DNA from: a virus
Virus record (IMG/VR): IMGVR_UViG_3300029558_000018
Length of the DNA stretch: 42,011 nt
Direction: 5' to 3' (one strand)
The notes below the pieces were generated by a model. It was not told the DNA's origin and ran no database searches. It saw only the letters and a program-made list of their open reading frames with translations. Shown piece by piece: positions 21,222-30,600 of this stretch; position 1 is the first letter of the stretch; every line of letters starts with the position of its first letter. Made by a program: the position numbers and the translations under genes.

Positions 21222-21801
21222 CATCACAACCATGCGTCCCGGCGAACACTTCATGTTCAAGAATTTCGAGTGGGTCTGTCTTGACCCGAACCACCCTGAC
21301 GGCGGCGTGCTGGCTATTATGGCTGAACCGTTGGCAAAAAATGTAAAGTTCTGCCCAAGTGATAAGTTTGCCGATGAGAAAGGCAACTGGAATAACTACC
21401 GCACCAGCAATGTGCGGGGGATTCTAAACGATATGGCGAACAGTGTTTTCGAGAAAAAAAGTCTGCTGTCACATACCGTTGACCTTGTTGCCGACAACGG
21501 CGACAGAGCTTATGGCACTGTACAGGACTTTGTTTTTATCCTCACTTGTGACGAGTACCGCAAGTACCGTGACTACATCCCGCACTACGACAGATGGATT
21601 TGGACTGCAACGCCTTGGTTGTGCGATGATATAGATTCCGAAACGGGCCACGTTTACAGCGTTCGCAGTGTGGGCACTGTGGGACAGTTGGACAGCAGCC
21701 ATGTGTTCTACGAATCTTTTGTTGCCCCGGCTTGTATTCTCAATCCGAAATCGCTCAATCTGCGCCAGAGCATGTCCTATGTAGAGGAGGTATCAGAATG
21801 A
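21214..21801 (+). CDS. Hypothetical protein
   Basis: 195 aa, RBS GAGGAGG. Confidence 0.6.
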   Translation: MTNITTMRPGEHFMFKNFEWVCLDPNHPDGGVLAIMAEPLAKNVKFCPSDKFADEKGNWNNYRTSNVRGILNDMANSVFEKKSLLSHTVDLVADNGDRAYGTVQDFVFILTCDEYRKYRDYIPHYDRWIWTATPWLCDDIDSETGHVYSVRSVGTVGQLDSSHVFYESFVAPACILNPKSLNLRQSMSYVEEVSE

Positions 21802-22397
21802 GTACAACAATAGGATGCCCGATTCCTGGCGCAAGCCAGCCGAAAGAACCAATGCGGCTGATTGATGCTAATGAGCTTTTGAAATATTTAAACACAAACG
21901 ACTGCGCATACGACGGCGGCGAATTTCAAGCATACGAGAGTTGTATGATGTATGTACGCGATCTGGTCAACGATTTACCAACCATCGCCCCAGAATCCCT
22001 GCGACCTACGGCACATTGGGCTAAAGACAGACTGCCAGCCAAACACGAATGCGTACTTATCTACGATTCTGTTTGTCACAACATTTATATGGCATGGAGA
22101 GACGATGATTTAGACGTATGGTTCAGCAAGGAACATTTACCAGATTGTTTATGTCACCCACTGGATGCCGCTCCCAGAACCCCCGGAGGTGACCCCATGA
22201 CCATTATCCTTGTTATCGCCGCCGTCTGTGTTTACTACCTGTGCGGCCTGCTCGCCGTCCTGTACATCAACCACACAGACAGAATGGACACCGTAGACGG
22301 CGCAGACAACGTTATTGTCCTTATTTTCTGGCCGCTGCTGGTCGTAACCCGCATTGGCATTGCATGTTATAGAATCATAAGGAGGCTTCTAAAATGA
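21798..22397 (+). CDS. Hypothetical protein with a C-terminal two-TM segment (possible nested 67-aa product)
   Basis: ATGA overlap with the upstream gene. An in-frame internal ATG at 22196 is preceded by GGAGGTG. The tail sequence is MTIILVIAAVCVYYLCGLLAVLY...VIVLIFWPLLVV. Confidence 0.55.
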   Translation: MSTTIGCPIPGASQPKEPMRLIDANELLKYLNTNDCAYDGGEFQAYESCMMYVRDLVNDLPTIAPESLRPTAHWAKDRLPAKHECVLIYDSVCHNIYMAWRDDDLDVWFSKEHLPDCLCHPLDAAPRTPGGDPMTIILVIAAVCVYYLCGLLAVLYINHTDRMDTVDGADNVIVLIFWPLLVVTRIGIACYRIIRRLLK

Positions 22398-22837
22398 CTT
22401 CTACCCCAGCAGGCAACACCCAGCGTCAAAAATGGATGGAAAAATACGCCGCCTATCAGAAAGACTTCATCGAGGCCCGCGATAAATTCTATGAATCCAA
22501 CGTCGCCATGGCGGCGCACCCCGCTGATGGTATGCCCAAAGGCAACACCCGCTATGACCCGGTAGCCCGCCTGGCAGAGCGGTACGATAAAGCCTATGCC
22601 CGGTACTGCCGTGCCCGCGCCGAGATGAACACAGCCTATTTCAAGCGGCACGAAGCTATGAAACCCCTCAACTCCGACCAGCAATCTGTCCTGATCTCCA
22701 TTTACTTTGAGGGCAAATCACGCCGCGATACAGCAAAAGAACTGAATCGTTCTGATTTCTGGGTACGTGCGCAGGAACGCACCGGCCTGTTTCTTCTGGA
22801 ACTCCCCTCCGGCTGGGAACTTGATATTCTCCCCTGA
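22394..22837 (+). CDS. Sigma-70 region-4-like late transcription regulator (ArpU/RinA-like position)
   Basis: LNSDQQSVLISIYFEGKSRRDTAKELNRSDFWVRAQ. Last gene of the early operon. Confidence 0.6.
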   Translation: MTSTPAGNTQRQKWMEKYAAYQKDFIEARDKFYESNVAMAAHPADGMPKGNTRYDPVARLAERYDKAYARYCRARAEMNTAYFKRHEAMKPLNSDQQSVLISIYFEGKSRRDTAKELNRSDFWVRAQERTGLFLLELPSGWELDILP

Positions 22838-22846
22838 CACAGCAAA

Positions 22847-22890
22847 GCCCGCAGCTGTTCGGAATTTCCGAACAGCTGCGGGCTGATTTT
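22847..22890. terminator. Convergent (bidirectional) terminator between the early and late operons
   Basis: 16-bp stem GCCCGCAGCTGTTCGG(22847-22862)/CCGAACAGCTGCGGGC(22868-22883). It is followed by TGATTTTTT on the plus strand and TTTGCTG on the minus strand. Confidence 0.8.
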
Positions 22891-23328
22891 TTATTCCTGC
22901 ACTGCCGCAATGTTGTGGTAATACCGCCCGGCCTTATCCTCCGGCGCGTCCTTGTCATCCAAAAACGCCGCCGCAAGGTCTGCGTAAAACTCCGGTCTGT
23001 CCACGCTGTTCTTGCGTGCGGCCTTGCAGTAGTCGCTGTACATCATGTTCATCACAGCGGCCCAGACATACGGCTCACAGTGTACGCCGCGCGCTTCCCG
23101 GTAAATCTTCGTCTGCTCCACAGGCCAGTGCGCGCCGAATGTGCCGTCCTCGTTCTCCATGTTGTCCATCCATGCTTCCGCATCGGCACGGGTCAGCTCT
23201 GCATCCTGCGAACAGTGCAGGCATTCCTTCGTCTTTTCAATCTCGCGGATCATCTCCATGCTGCCCAGCGTAACGGGCAAATCCATGTAGCTCAGCTTTT
23301 CCGCTTCCAGCTTTTCAAGATAATTCAT
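22891..23328 (-). CDS. Hypothetical protein (145 aa)
   Basis: Last gene of the minus-strand block. No motif assigned. Confidence 0.6.
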   Translation of the reverse strand: MNYLEKLEAEKLSYMDLPVTLGSMEMIREIEKTKECLHCSQDAELTRADAEAWMDNMENEDGTFGAHWPVEQTKIYREARGVHCEPYVWAAVMNMMYSDYCKAARKNSVDRPEFYADLAAAFLDDKDAPEDKAGRYYHNIAAVQE

Positions 23329-23337
23329 GTTGGCTCC

Positions 23338-23688
23338 TTATGCACTCACGATCATGTGTTTCAGCGTATCCACATCAGCAGGATAAAAAGTAAGGCTGCC
23401 AAGCACAGGGACCGTAACCGTAAGCCCGCTGTCCCCGATGGCTTCTTTCGCCGCATCGCACGCAATGTCAACATCCAGCTCCCCGGTGTCGGCAAGCCCA
23501 AAAGCCTTTGCAACCGGGTTTTCAGCAAGGCTTTCCAACGCCTGCTTGCTCCGTGCCAAAAATACGAACTTCGCACCCTTTGCGGCGGCTTTCCCAAGGC
23601 TTGCGTCCGGCAATCGGGCAATGATTTCCTGCTCCATGTAGGCGGCAATGCCGCGCTGTACTTTCTCGATACTGACCATGTGATACAC
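23338..23688 (-). CDS. Hypothetical protein (116 aa)
   Basis: Compact spacing with its neighbours. No motif assigned. Confidence 0.6.
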   Translation of the reverse strand: MYHMVSIEKVQRGIAAYMEQEIIARLPDASLGKAAAKGAKFVFLARSKQALESLAENPVAKAFGLADTGELDVDIACDAAKEAIGDSGLTVTVPVLGSLTFYPADVDTLKHMIVSA

Positions 23689-23733
23689 CTCGCATCATAA
23701 GATAAAGGGGCGGCTGTTGCCGCCCCCTCGCAT

Positions 23734-24297
23734 TTAGCTGTTGCAATCGCAGCCGCATTTGGGCAGCGGATTGTACAGCGTCTGCGCAGTCGTGGCGGTG
23801 CCAACCGTAACGTCCGCGACCATCTTCGGGTAGAAGGTAGCATTTGCGTAAGTCACGATGGAGTTATCACCGCAGCAACGGCGCTCGGCTTCCAGCTTGA
23901 TCTTCTGGTCAAGCTCACTGCGCACCGATGCAATGTCCTGCCGCGCCAGCGTAAAGCTGTCCTCCGTGCGCTGGTTGTGCACAGCCTGCTCGCAGAACTT
24001 CGTGTCAATGGCACTCAGCTTGCCATCAATGTACTTGTACATCTCCAACATTTTCTGGTCGCCGTAGGTGTTGGCATCGCGCAGTGCGATCTGGCTCTGC
24101 AGCTCGGCAATTTTCTGCCCCTGCGCCAGCTCGTAACGGCTGACAGTGTGGTCTTCGCTGCAAGTGCCGCGCGGGCCGACAAGCCCGGCAAGCGCACCCA
24201 TGCCGCCCAGTGCATTCAGCGCACCAAGGCTGGTGCCGACAATGCCGGTAGCAAGGCCCGCATTTGCAACGCCTTTGGAAGCATAATTCATTTCCAT
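23734..24297 (-). CDS. Hypothetical protein with a Gly-zipper-like hydrophobic N-terminus, coiled coil and Cys-rich C-terminus
   Basis: GVANAGLATGIVGTSLGALNALGGMGALAGLVG; central heptad-like region; ends in PKCGCDCNS. Confidence 0.6.
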   Translation of the reverse strand: MEMNYASKGVANAGLATGIVGTSLGALNALGGMGALAGLVGPRGTCSEDHTVSRYELAQGQKIAELQSQIALRDANTYGDQKMLEMYKYIDGKLSAIDTKFCEQAVHNQRTEDSFTLARQDIASVRSELDQKIKLEAERRCCGDNSIVTYANATFYPKMVADVTVGTATTAQTLYNPLPKCGCDCNS

Positions 24298-24410
24298 AGT
24301 TCAGGTTCCTTTCACAGTAATTTCCACAGCGCTTATGGTACTTTCAGTATACCGCACATGCTGTGTTTCTGTAGGACACCCCCGCGCCGCATTTGCGCCA
24401 TCTTCACGCC

Positions 24411-24452
24411 AAAACAAAAAAGCGGGCAGCCACCCAAAAAGTGACTGCCCGC
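24411..24452 (-). terminator. Intrinsic terminator after the LuxR-like regulator gene
   Basis: GCGGGCAG(24422-24429)/CTGCCCGC(24445-24452). The minus strand then reads TTTTTTGTTTT. Confidence 0.65.
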
Positions 24453-24473
24453 CTTCCCCTAAGCCTTCCCCTC

Positions 24474-24662
24474 TCACCGCATCTTATTCTTAATGCTTCT
24501 CACATGCCGGTTTACCGTCCTCTCACAGCAGTTCATCTCGGCTGCAATCTCGGCATTGCGCCGCCCGCGCCGCCGCATATCCAACACTTCCCGCTCATCG
24601 TCCGTCAGGCTGAACACAAGCTCGTCATACTCCGCCCGGTTCATGCAAAAATCAAACTTCAT
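24474..24662 (-). CDS. LuxR-type / sigma region-4-like HTH regulator
   Basis: LTDDEREVLDMRRRGRRNAEIAAEMNCCERTVNRHVRSIKNKM. The ATG at 24662 follows a GAGGTG that overlaps the giant-gene stop. Confidence 0.7.
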   Translation of the reverse strand: MKFDFCMNRAEYDELVFSLTDDEREVLDMRRRGRRNAEIAAEMNCCERTVNRHVRSIKNKMR

Positions 24663-24670
24663 ACAGCACC

Positions 24671-27600
24671 TCAAAACGGGTTTTTCTTGCCCCACTGCTT
24701 GTTGGTTTTCGCCAGATACGCGCGCCGCATCTCGTTCGTCAAGTCCATCTCGTTCAAACGCGCAACAGCCTCGCCCTTATCGACTTTGCCATTGCCGTTC
24801 GTGTCGGGAATAGTAGCGCGGTAGTTTACCCAGTCGCGCAGCGCATCTGCGCCGTAGCTCTGGTAAATCTCTGCACCGGCCTTGTCGGCATACGTGCCGC
24901 CCTTTTCCGGGTACTTACCGTTCTTGTCCTTCTTGTAGTACGCTGCCAGATACGCCCTTGCAAAGTCGTCTCCGCCCAGGCCATATTTCTGCATACCGTA
25001 ACCGACTGTAAACTTGTCCGGGGTCTGCCCATCGTCCAGTGTCTTTGCCACAGCACTGTAAGCCTGCATGTAGGCGGTGACCGCCTTGTCTCCGGCAAGG
25101 TCTCTGATGTTGTGTACAGTGCTGCCATCGTCGGTGCTGTCTACAAAGTTGCTTACTGCATCATCACCGAACTGCGAATAGAGCGTGTTCCACTTCTCCA
25201 CGGTGTTCAGCGTCGCATCGTCATTGCTGCTCGTCTCCCGCTTTTCATCGCGCACAAGGTCAGTGGCGTTCTTCATCAGCACATACTGGCTGAATCCTTC
25301 CGCGCCGCCGTCCCGGTATGCCTCGTACTCCTTCGCGTTCACACCGCTCACACCGTCACCCACAGCGGCCACGCCGCCAGCGGTTTTGGCTACCTTGTAG
25401 GCATTCTGCACAAGCGCACTCTGCTGGTCTTCCGGTAGCTGCAAAAACATACTGTTCTGCCGCAGCTCGTCAATCAGGTCATAGGCCGTCTGCCCGCTCG
25501 TCTTGGCGTACTCGGTCTTTTCCTCCGGGGTCATGTAGTATTTTTCACTGTCAACCGTGATTTGGCTGCTTGCCTTCTCCGGCAAGACGTGGCTGTCGTT
25601 CGTGCCGTTGTACAGTCCTTGCAGATACTCGTCAACCGGGGTAATGTTCTCGGCGCTCACATAACCGGGGCTAAGCATGTTGTACGCACCGCGCAGGAAC
25701 ATGCCCTTCGCTGAATTGTCCGTGCCGTCAAGACTCGCCTCTTCGCGGCCCCACTGGTCAATGTACGGCTCGTTGTTCATGCTCAGCCCGGGGATTTTGT
25801 TCTCCATCTTGCGGATATTGTACCCAATATCCCGTTCGGTCTTTGTGTCGCCGCCGCCGTAGCTGCTGCGCCGGGTATCGTCCACCGTCCGCGCCACCTG
25901 GCCTAAAGCCGTAGGCACAAACTGGTTGGCAAAGCTGCCAAGTGCACTTGTCGCAAGCGTTGCCAACTTGTCATTGGAATCTGCATAGCTTACACTGTCC
26001 AGCGTATCATTCAAGCCTTGCAGCATCGTGGTTTCCAGTACGGGCTGCGTAATCTGGCGCATCCTGTCCAGCGTCTGCGTCAGGTTAAACTCTCCGCCGT
26101 CTTCCTGGTCTTTAGCGATCTGCGCACCAATCAGCAGCGGCACGCTCGACGGGCTAGCCCAGTCTAGCGTGTAAGTCCCTTTCCCGGGTATTTTTACGGC
26201 ATAATTCTGGTCGCCCAGCATTTCATTGTAGTTATCGGCGCGGTCATCTCCGCTCGCACCGCCGGTCAGCATACCATTCTTGGCAAGCAAATAACCGACG
26301 CCCAAAATTGCTGTGCCTGTTACGCCCTTTGCTGCAGCGTCCATGACCCGCGTTGCACCCTGACCGGTTGCCCCACGGTAGATCGCTTCAACAGCACCGC
26401 CGACGGGATTGTACTCCAATGCGTTCTTTGCAATGTTGATGGGCGTTTTCTTAAACGGCAAAATGCCTTCCGTCACCGCATAGGCAATCTGCCCGGCAGG
26501 CCCATGCCTCCGCGTATCGTTTGAGAAATTGCGGAACGCCGTGCTCAAAAAGTTGTCCTCGTGGAATGTAGCTTCCCGCGCATCTTCAAGCGCTTGCGCC
26601 GCAGCCTGCCGCAGTACAGACCGGCTGTGTTCATCCGTAGCGTCAAAAATGCTGCTGTCATACCCGCGTGCTTTTAAAAAGCTCGCCATGCTGTTGCCGA
26701 ACGCGCTGCGCAAAAAGAAATTATCCTCTGCTTCCAGCGCGCCGCCGTTTATGTCGCTTAAGCGCCCGATTGCTCGCCCAACAGGCGTGGTGTAGGTGTT
26801 TCGTGCGGCCTGCAGCCCGGTATCAATGTTCCAGCGGCCATCCTGATACAGCATGCTGTACATCTGGTTATCCGCGTAGTCTCTGGCACGGTTTACCATT
26901 CGCCGTCCATCCGCAGTCAGCATTGTGCCGACAGCTTTCGTACGTTCGTTCTGCGGCAAGGCAAGCTGCATCACGCCTGCAATATTGTCCTTTGCGCGCG
27001 TTACCGTGCCCATCATGACATTGCCCATCATGTTACGGATATGCGTGCGGCTGTTGCCAAGCATGCACAGGTAACGGATGTTATTCAGTCTGTCTGCAAA
27101 CCCGCGCGCAGGCATATAGTTTGCCATGCGGCCGTAAACGCTCATCTCAAGGTCGTAGCGCTCCCGGCTGTCCGGCATGTCCGAAATCCGGCGGAAAGTG
27201 TCAACGGCATAGTCTAAATCTTCCTGACTTAAATCGCCGATGCCAAGGGCCTGCCGTGCAAACGCACCGTAAATGTCTTCGACAGTGCCGCCTGCTTGCA
27301 GTCTGGCTGCGGCAGCTCTGGCCTGTTCCTCGTTGATGTTTACGTTGCGCGCGCGGCCCATGCGTTGAATTTGCTCGGCCATATACTCAAGCTGGTCGCG
27401 TACATCATCACCGGTGTCAACGCCCTGACTATGCACAAAGGCCGTGAACTCATCATCCATCGGCCCATTCATCGTGTCGGCAACTTCCTGCGCTATATCG
27501 TGCAGCTGTTGTCCCTGCCGCGTATTGGCAAAGCGGTCAACACTGTTCTGTGTGTACTGCTCAAACCGCCGGATTCCGCTGTATTCGTCAGGCTGCGCAT

Positions 27601-30600
27601 ATCGCCCGGAAACAAGCGCCTGTCCGGCTTTGCTCTGCCCGGCGCTTATGGCACGGTTGATATTCGCAATTTGGGCTTTCACTACATCGGCTTCCGCGCT
27701 GCCTTCCGGCAGTTCTGCCAAACGCTGGCGTAGCTGTTCTGCCGCATGACTGCCCGCGTACACGTCGGAAGCATCCCATTGCCCATGTTGGATTTTCCTG
27801 TTCAGCTCATCTGCCACTGTGCGCCCGGCTTCGGTCACGCTGCCGGTCTGCTGCACAAGTACATCAAAATCCTGCGATGCCGTGTCCCTGCCCTCTGCCC
27901 GGCTGTAAACAGTGTGCGTCTGCTCGCCAATGCCAATCCCTGCAGCGGTTTGCTCGTCCATATCTCCGCGCATAACACGCTGGTTCGCGTAGTCCTGGTT
28001 CAGCACTTCGCGGCGGTTATACTGTGTACTTTCCGCACCAACCGCATTTGCGGGCACACTCTCGCTACCGTTCAGCGGGCGGGCCGCAACGCTCTGTGCC
28101 ATACTGTCCTGCAAGGAAGCGGCGGCATCCGCCGTGTCAGTGCCGCCAAACATCCTGTCGTAAACGCGGCGGGTGTAGTCCGGCATATTGCTGTCAAAGC
28201 CCTGCACCTCAAGCCAGTCCGCAAAGTCCTCCGTGCCAGCCTGTCGCCCGGTGGGGCCGTCCAGAATCATGTCACGGTAATAGTCTGCCGTCGCAGCCGC
28301 CTGGTCGGTATCCACCAAAGCCCCGCGGTTGCTGGCCGCTACAGCGGAAAGCAGGTCATCCACGCCGGAACCGTTCACACCGGTCCCCATGTCGGCAAGC
28401 TCCATCAGGGCAGTGTCATACGGTAAACCACTCGTGGTAGAAAAATTTGTCCCGTTCTGGAAGTTGTACTGCTGGATGTTCTTCAAGCCGCTGGTATACA
28501 AAATATCCCCCGCCGCCTGCTCGTCCAGACGGATGGGGGTGCTTTTAAAGTAATCCCGCAGCGTAGCCGTCGCCTCGTCCACAGGCTCCGCAAAGCCGCT
28601 TTCCTTCACAATGCCGGTAGCAATGTCCTTTGCCTCGTCAGCCATGCTCTCCCGCGTCGCGCCGCTCTGTAGCTTGCCGTACAGGTCTTCAATGCGCCGG
28701 GTGTAAACGCTGCGTCTGTCCTTGCCGGTTATTGATTTTGCCCATTCAGCCACCGCTCCAGCGTCCGGCGCATCAGGGCCTTGTACTCCTCGTCCGTTGC
28801 CATCCGCGGTGCTACCAAGCCCTGCTGTACCAGTCTGTCCAGCAAGCCCGCTTCCAACTCCTCCGGGTTGCGGTTCATAGCCTGCGCCAGTGTCAGCGTT
28901 GAGGGGAACGTCTGCTCGAACGCCTGCTCCCAGGTTGTCATTCTGAACACCTCCATTTACTTCATTGTAGCCCGCGGCGCGCTGCGCGTCAATCGGCAAA
29001 CTGTCCGTATTTTGCAGCGCAAGTTTAGCTTCATCGTCAATCTCCTGCTGGCGCTGCAACACGGCGCGGCGAAGCTGTTCAGCCTCTTTTTCCTGCGCGC
29101 CGTTCAAGTTGACCTGCCCGCGCAGTTCATCCAGCGTATTCAATGCGCTGCGGTTGGCTGCGTCTGGCGTATTCATCTGCTGTATCTGCGCGGCAAGCCC
29201 GGTTGTGCCGTTGGCTTCCGGCTGCACAATGTTTCTTGCCGGTGCAGCACTCTGCACATCCTGCACGGCATTGTCAGCTTGTTTCAAGGCATCCTGCGCG
29301 GCATCCCCTGCCGTGCCTTTCAGTCTGTTGAACAACGCCCCGCCGATTTCCGGCAGCGCGTTCATCGCCACATTGCCCGCAATGTTCTTTGCAGTGTTGC
29401 CTGCGATCTCTCCGGCACTCTTGCCCTCGCTCACATCGTTCACAAGGCTCGGCAGGGTGTCCAGTGCAAGGTCTGCTGTCGTGTCGGTCAAAATGCGCCC
29501 CAGTGCATCACCGGCACCCGCACCCAGTACATCCCCCAACACAGGGATTTTCTGCGCCTGCCCCACAACGACATTGCCGGCCTTGCCCATCGCTTGCGCA
29601 AGCGGTGTTCCTTCCATAGCGGTGTTGAACAGTTTGTACTGCATTCCCTTGCCGACAAGCGTGCCTGCCGCCGCCGCCAGCGGGTCATAGCTCTTTGCGC
29701 CCTCGATCGCATTGCTAAGCTGCGGCAGCTCGGCGCCGGTCGCATTTGCAATTTCCGCCAGCTTATCCACACTCTTCGTCAAAAACGGCACACTGTCATA
29801 CAGCCCGGCTGTAAACGCCTGCGCAGTCTGCCCGGCTCCGTTCATCTGCGCTTTTCCGCGCAAAGCGCTGTTCTGGTTCAGCGCGGCATTCATGGCAGCC
29901 GTCTTTTTTGCGTAGTCCTCTTGGCTCAGACCATCTTTGTTTGCGGCAGTCTCAAACACCCGCTTCAAGCCGCTAAAGCCGGTATTCTTCGTGCTTTTTT
30001 CGTACTGGTTCACCGCCGCCACTTCGGCGCTCGTCAGCTTGCGTCCCGGGGCAGCCAGTTCGGCGCGGTAATTAGCATCGCTTTGCAGCTTTTTCAGCGC
30101 AACGGCAATGTCCTCCTGTCGGCTCTTGTAGTCGTTGCGCTTGTCCTTTGCAGCCTGTGCCTCTGACGCGCTGGGGGCGCTCCCTGCGGCGGCGTAACTG
30201 CTGCCGATAACTTTCCCGCCCCGCGTCACAGCGCGGCTCTGTGCGGGCTGTGCGGCGCTCTGGCGCTCTGCGTAGCTGTTCCCGATGGGCTTGTCTTTAT
30301 TGGCTCCGGCATTTGCGGAAGTTTGCTTGTCTTTAAGCAGCTGCGCAGTTCGCTCTGCTTTCTGCTGGGCGCGGTATTTGATGTCGGATTTTTCCTGTTT
30401 GCTGTCGTTATACCGGGCGCGGGCACTGGCGTTGCGCTCTGCATTTGTGCGCTTGGGGTCGTAGTTGCCGCCTTTATTTCTCTCCGTGTCGGCGGTACTT
30501 GCCGCACTGTCTTCTCCAAACAGCGCATCCAGCGATGCCGCACTTTCCGTGTCGCCGCCCGTGCCGGTGGTACTGCCGCCCTTGCCGGAAGATTTCCTGC

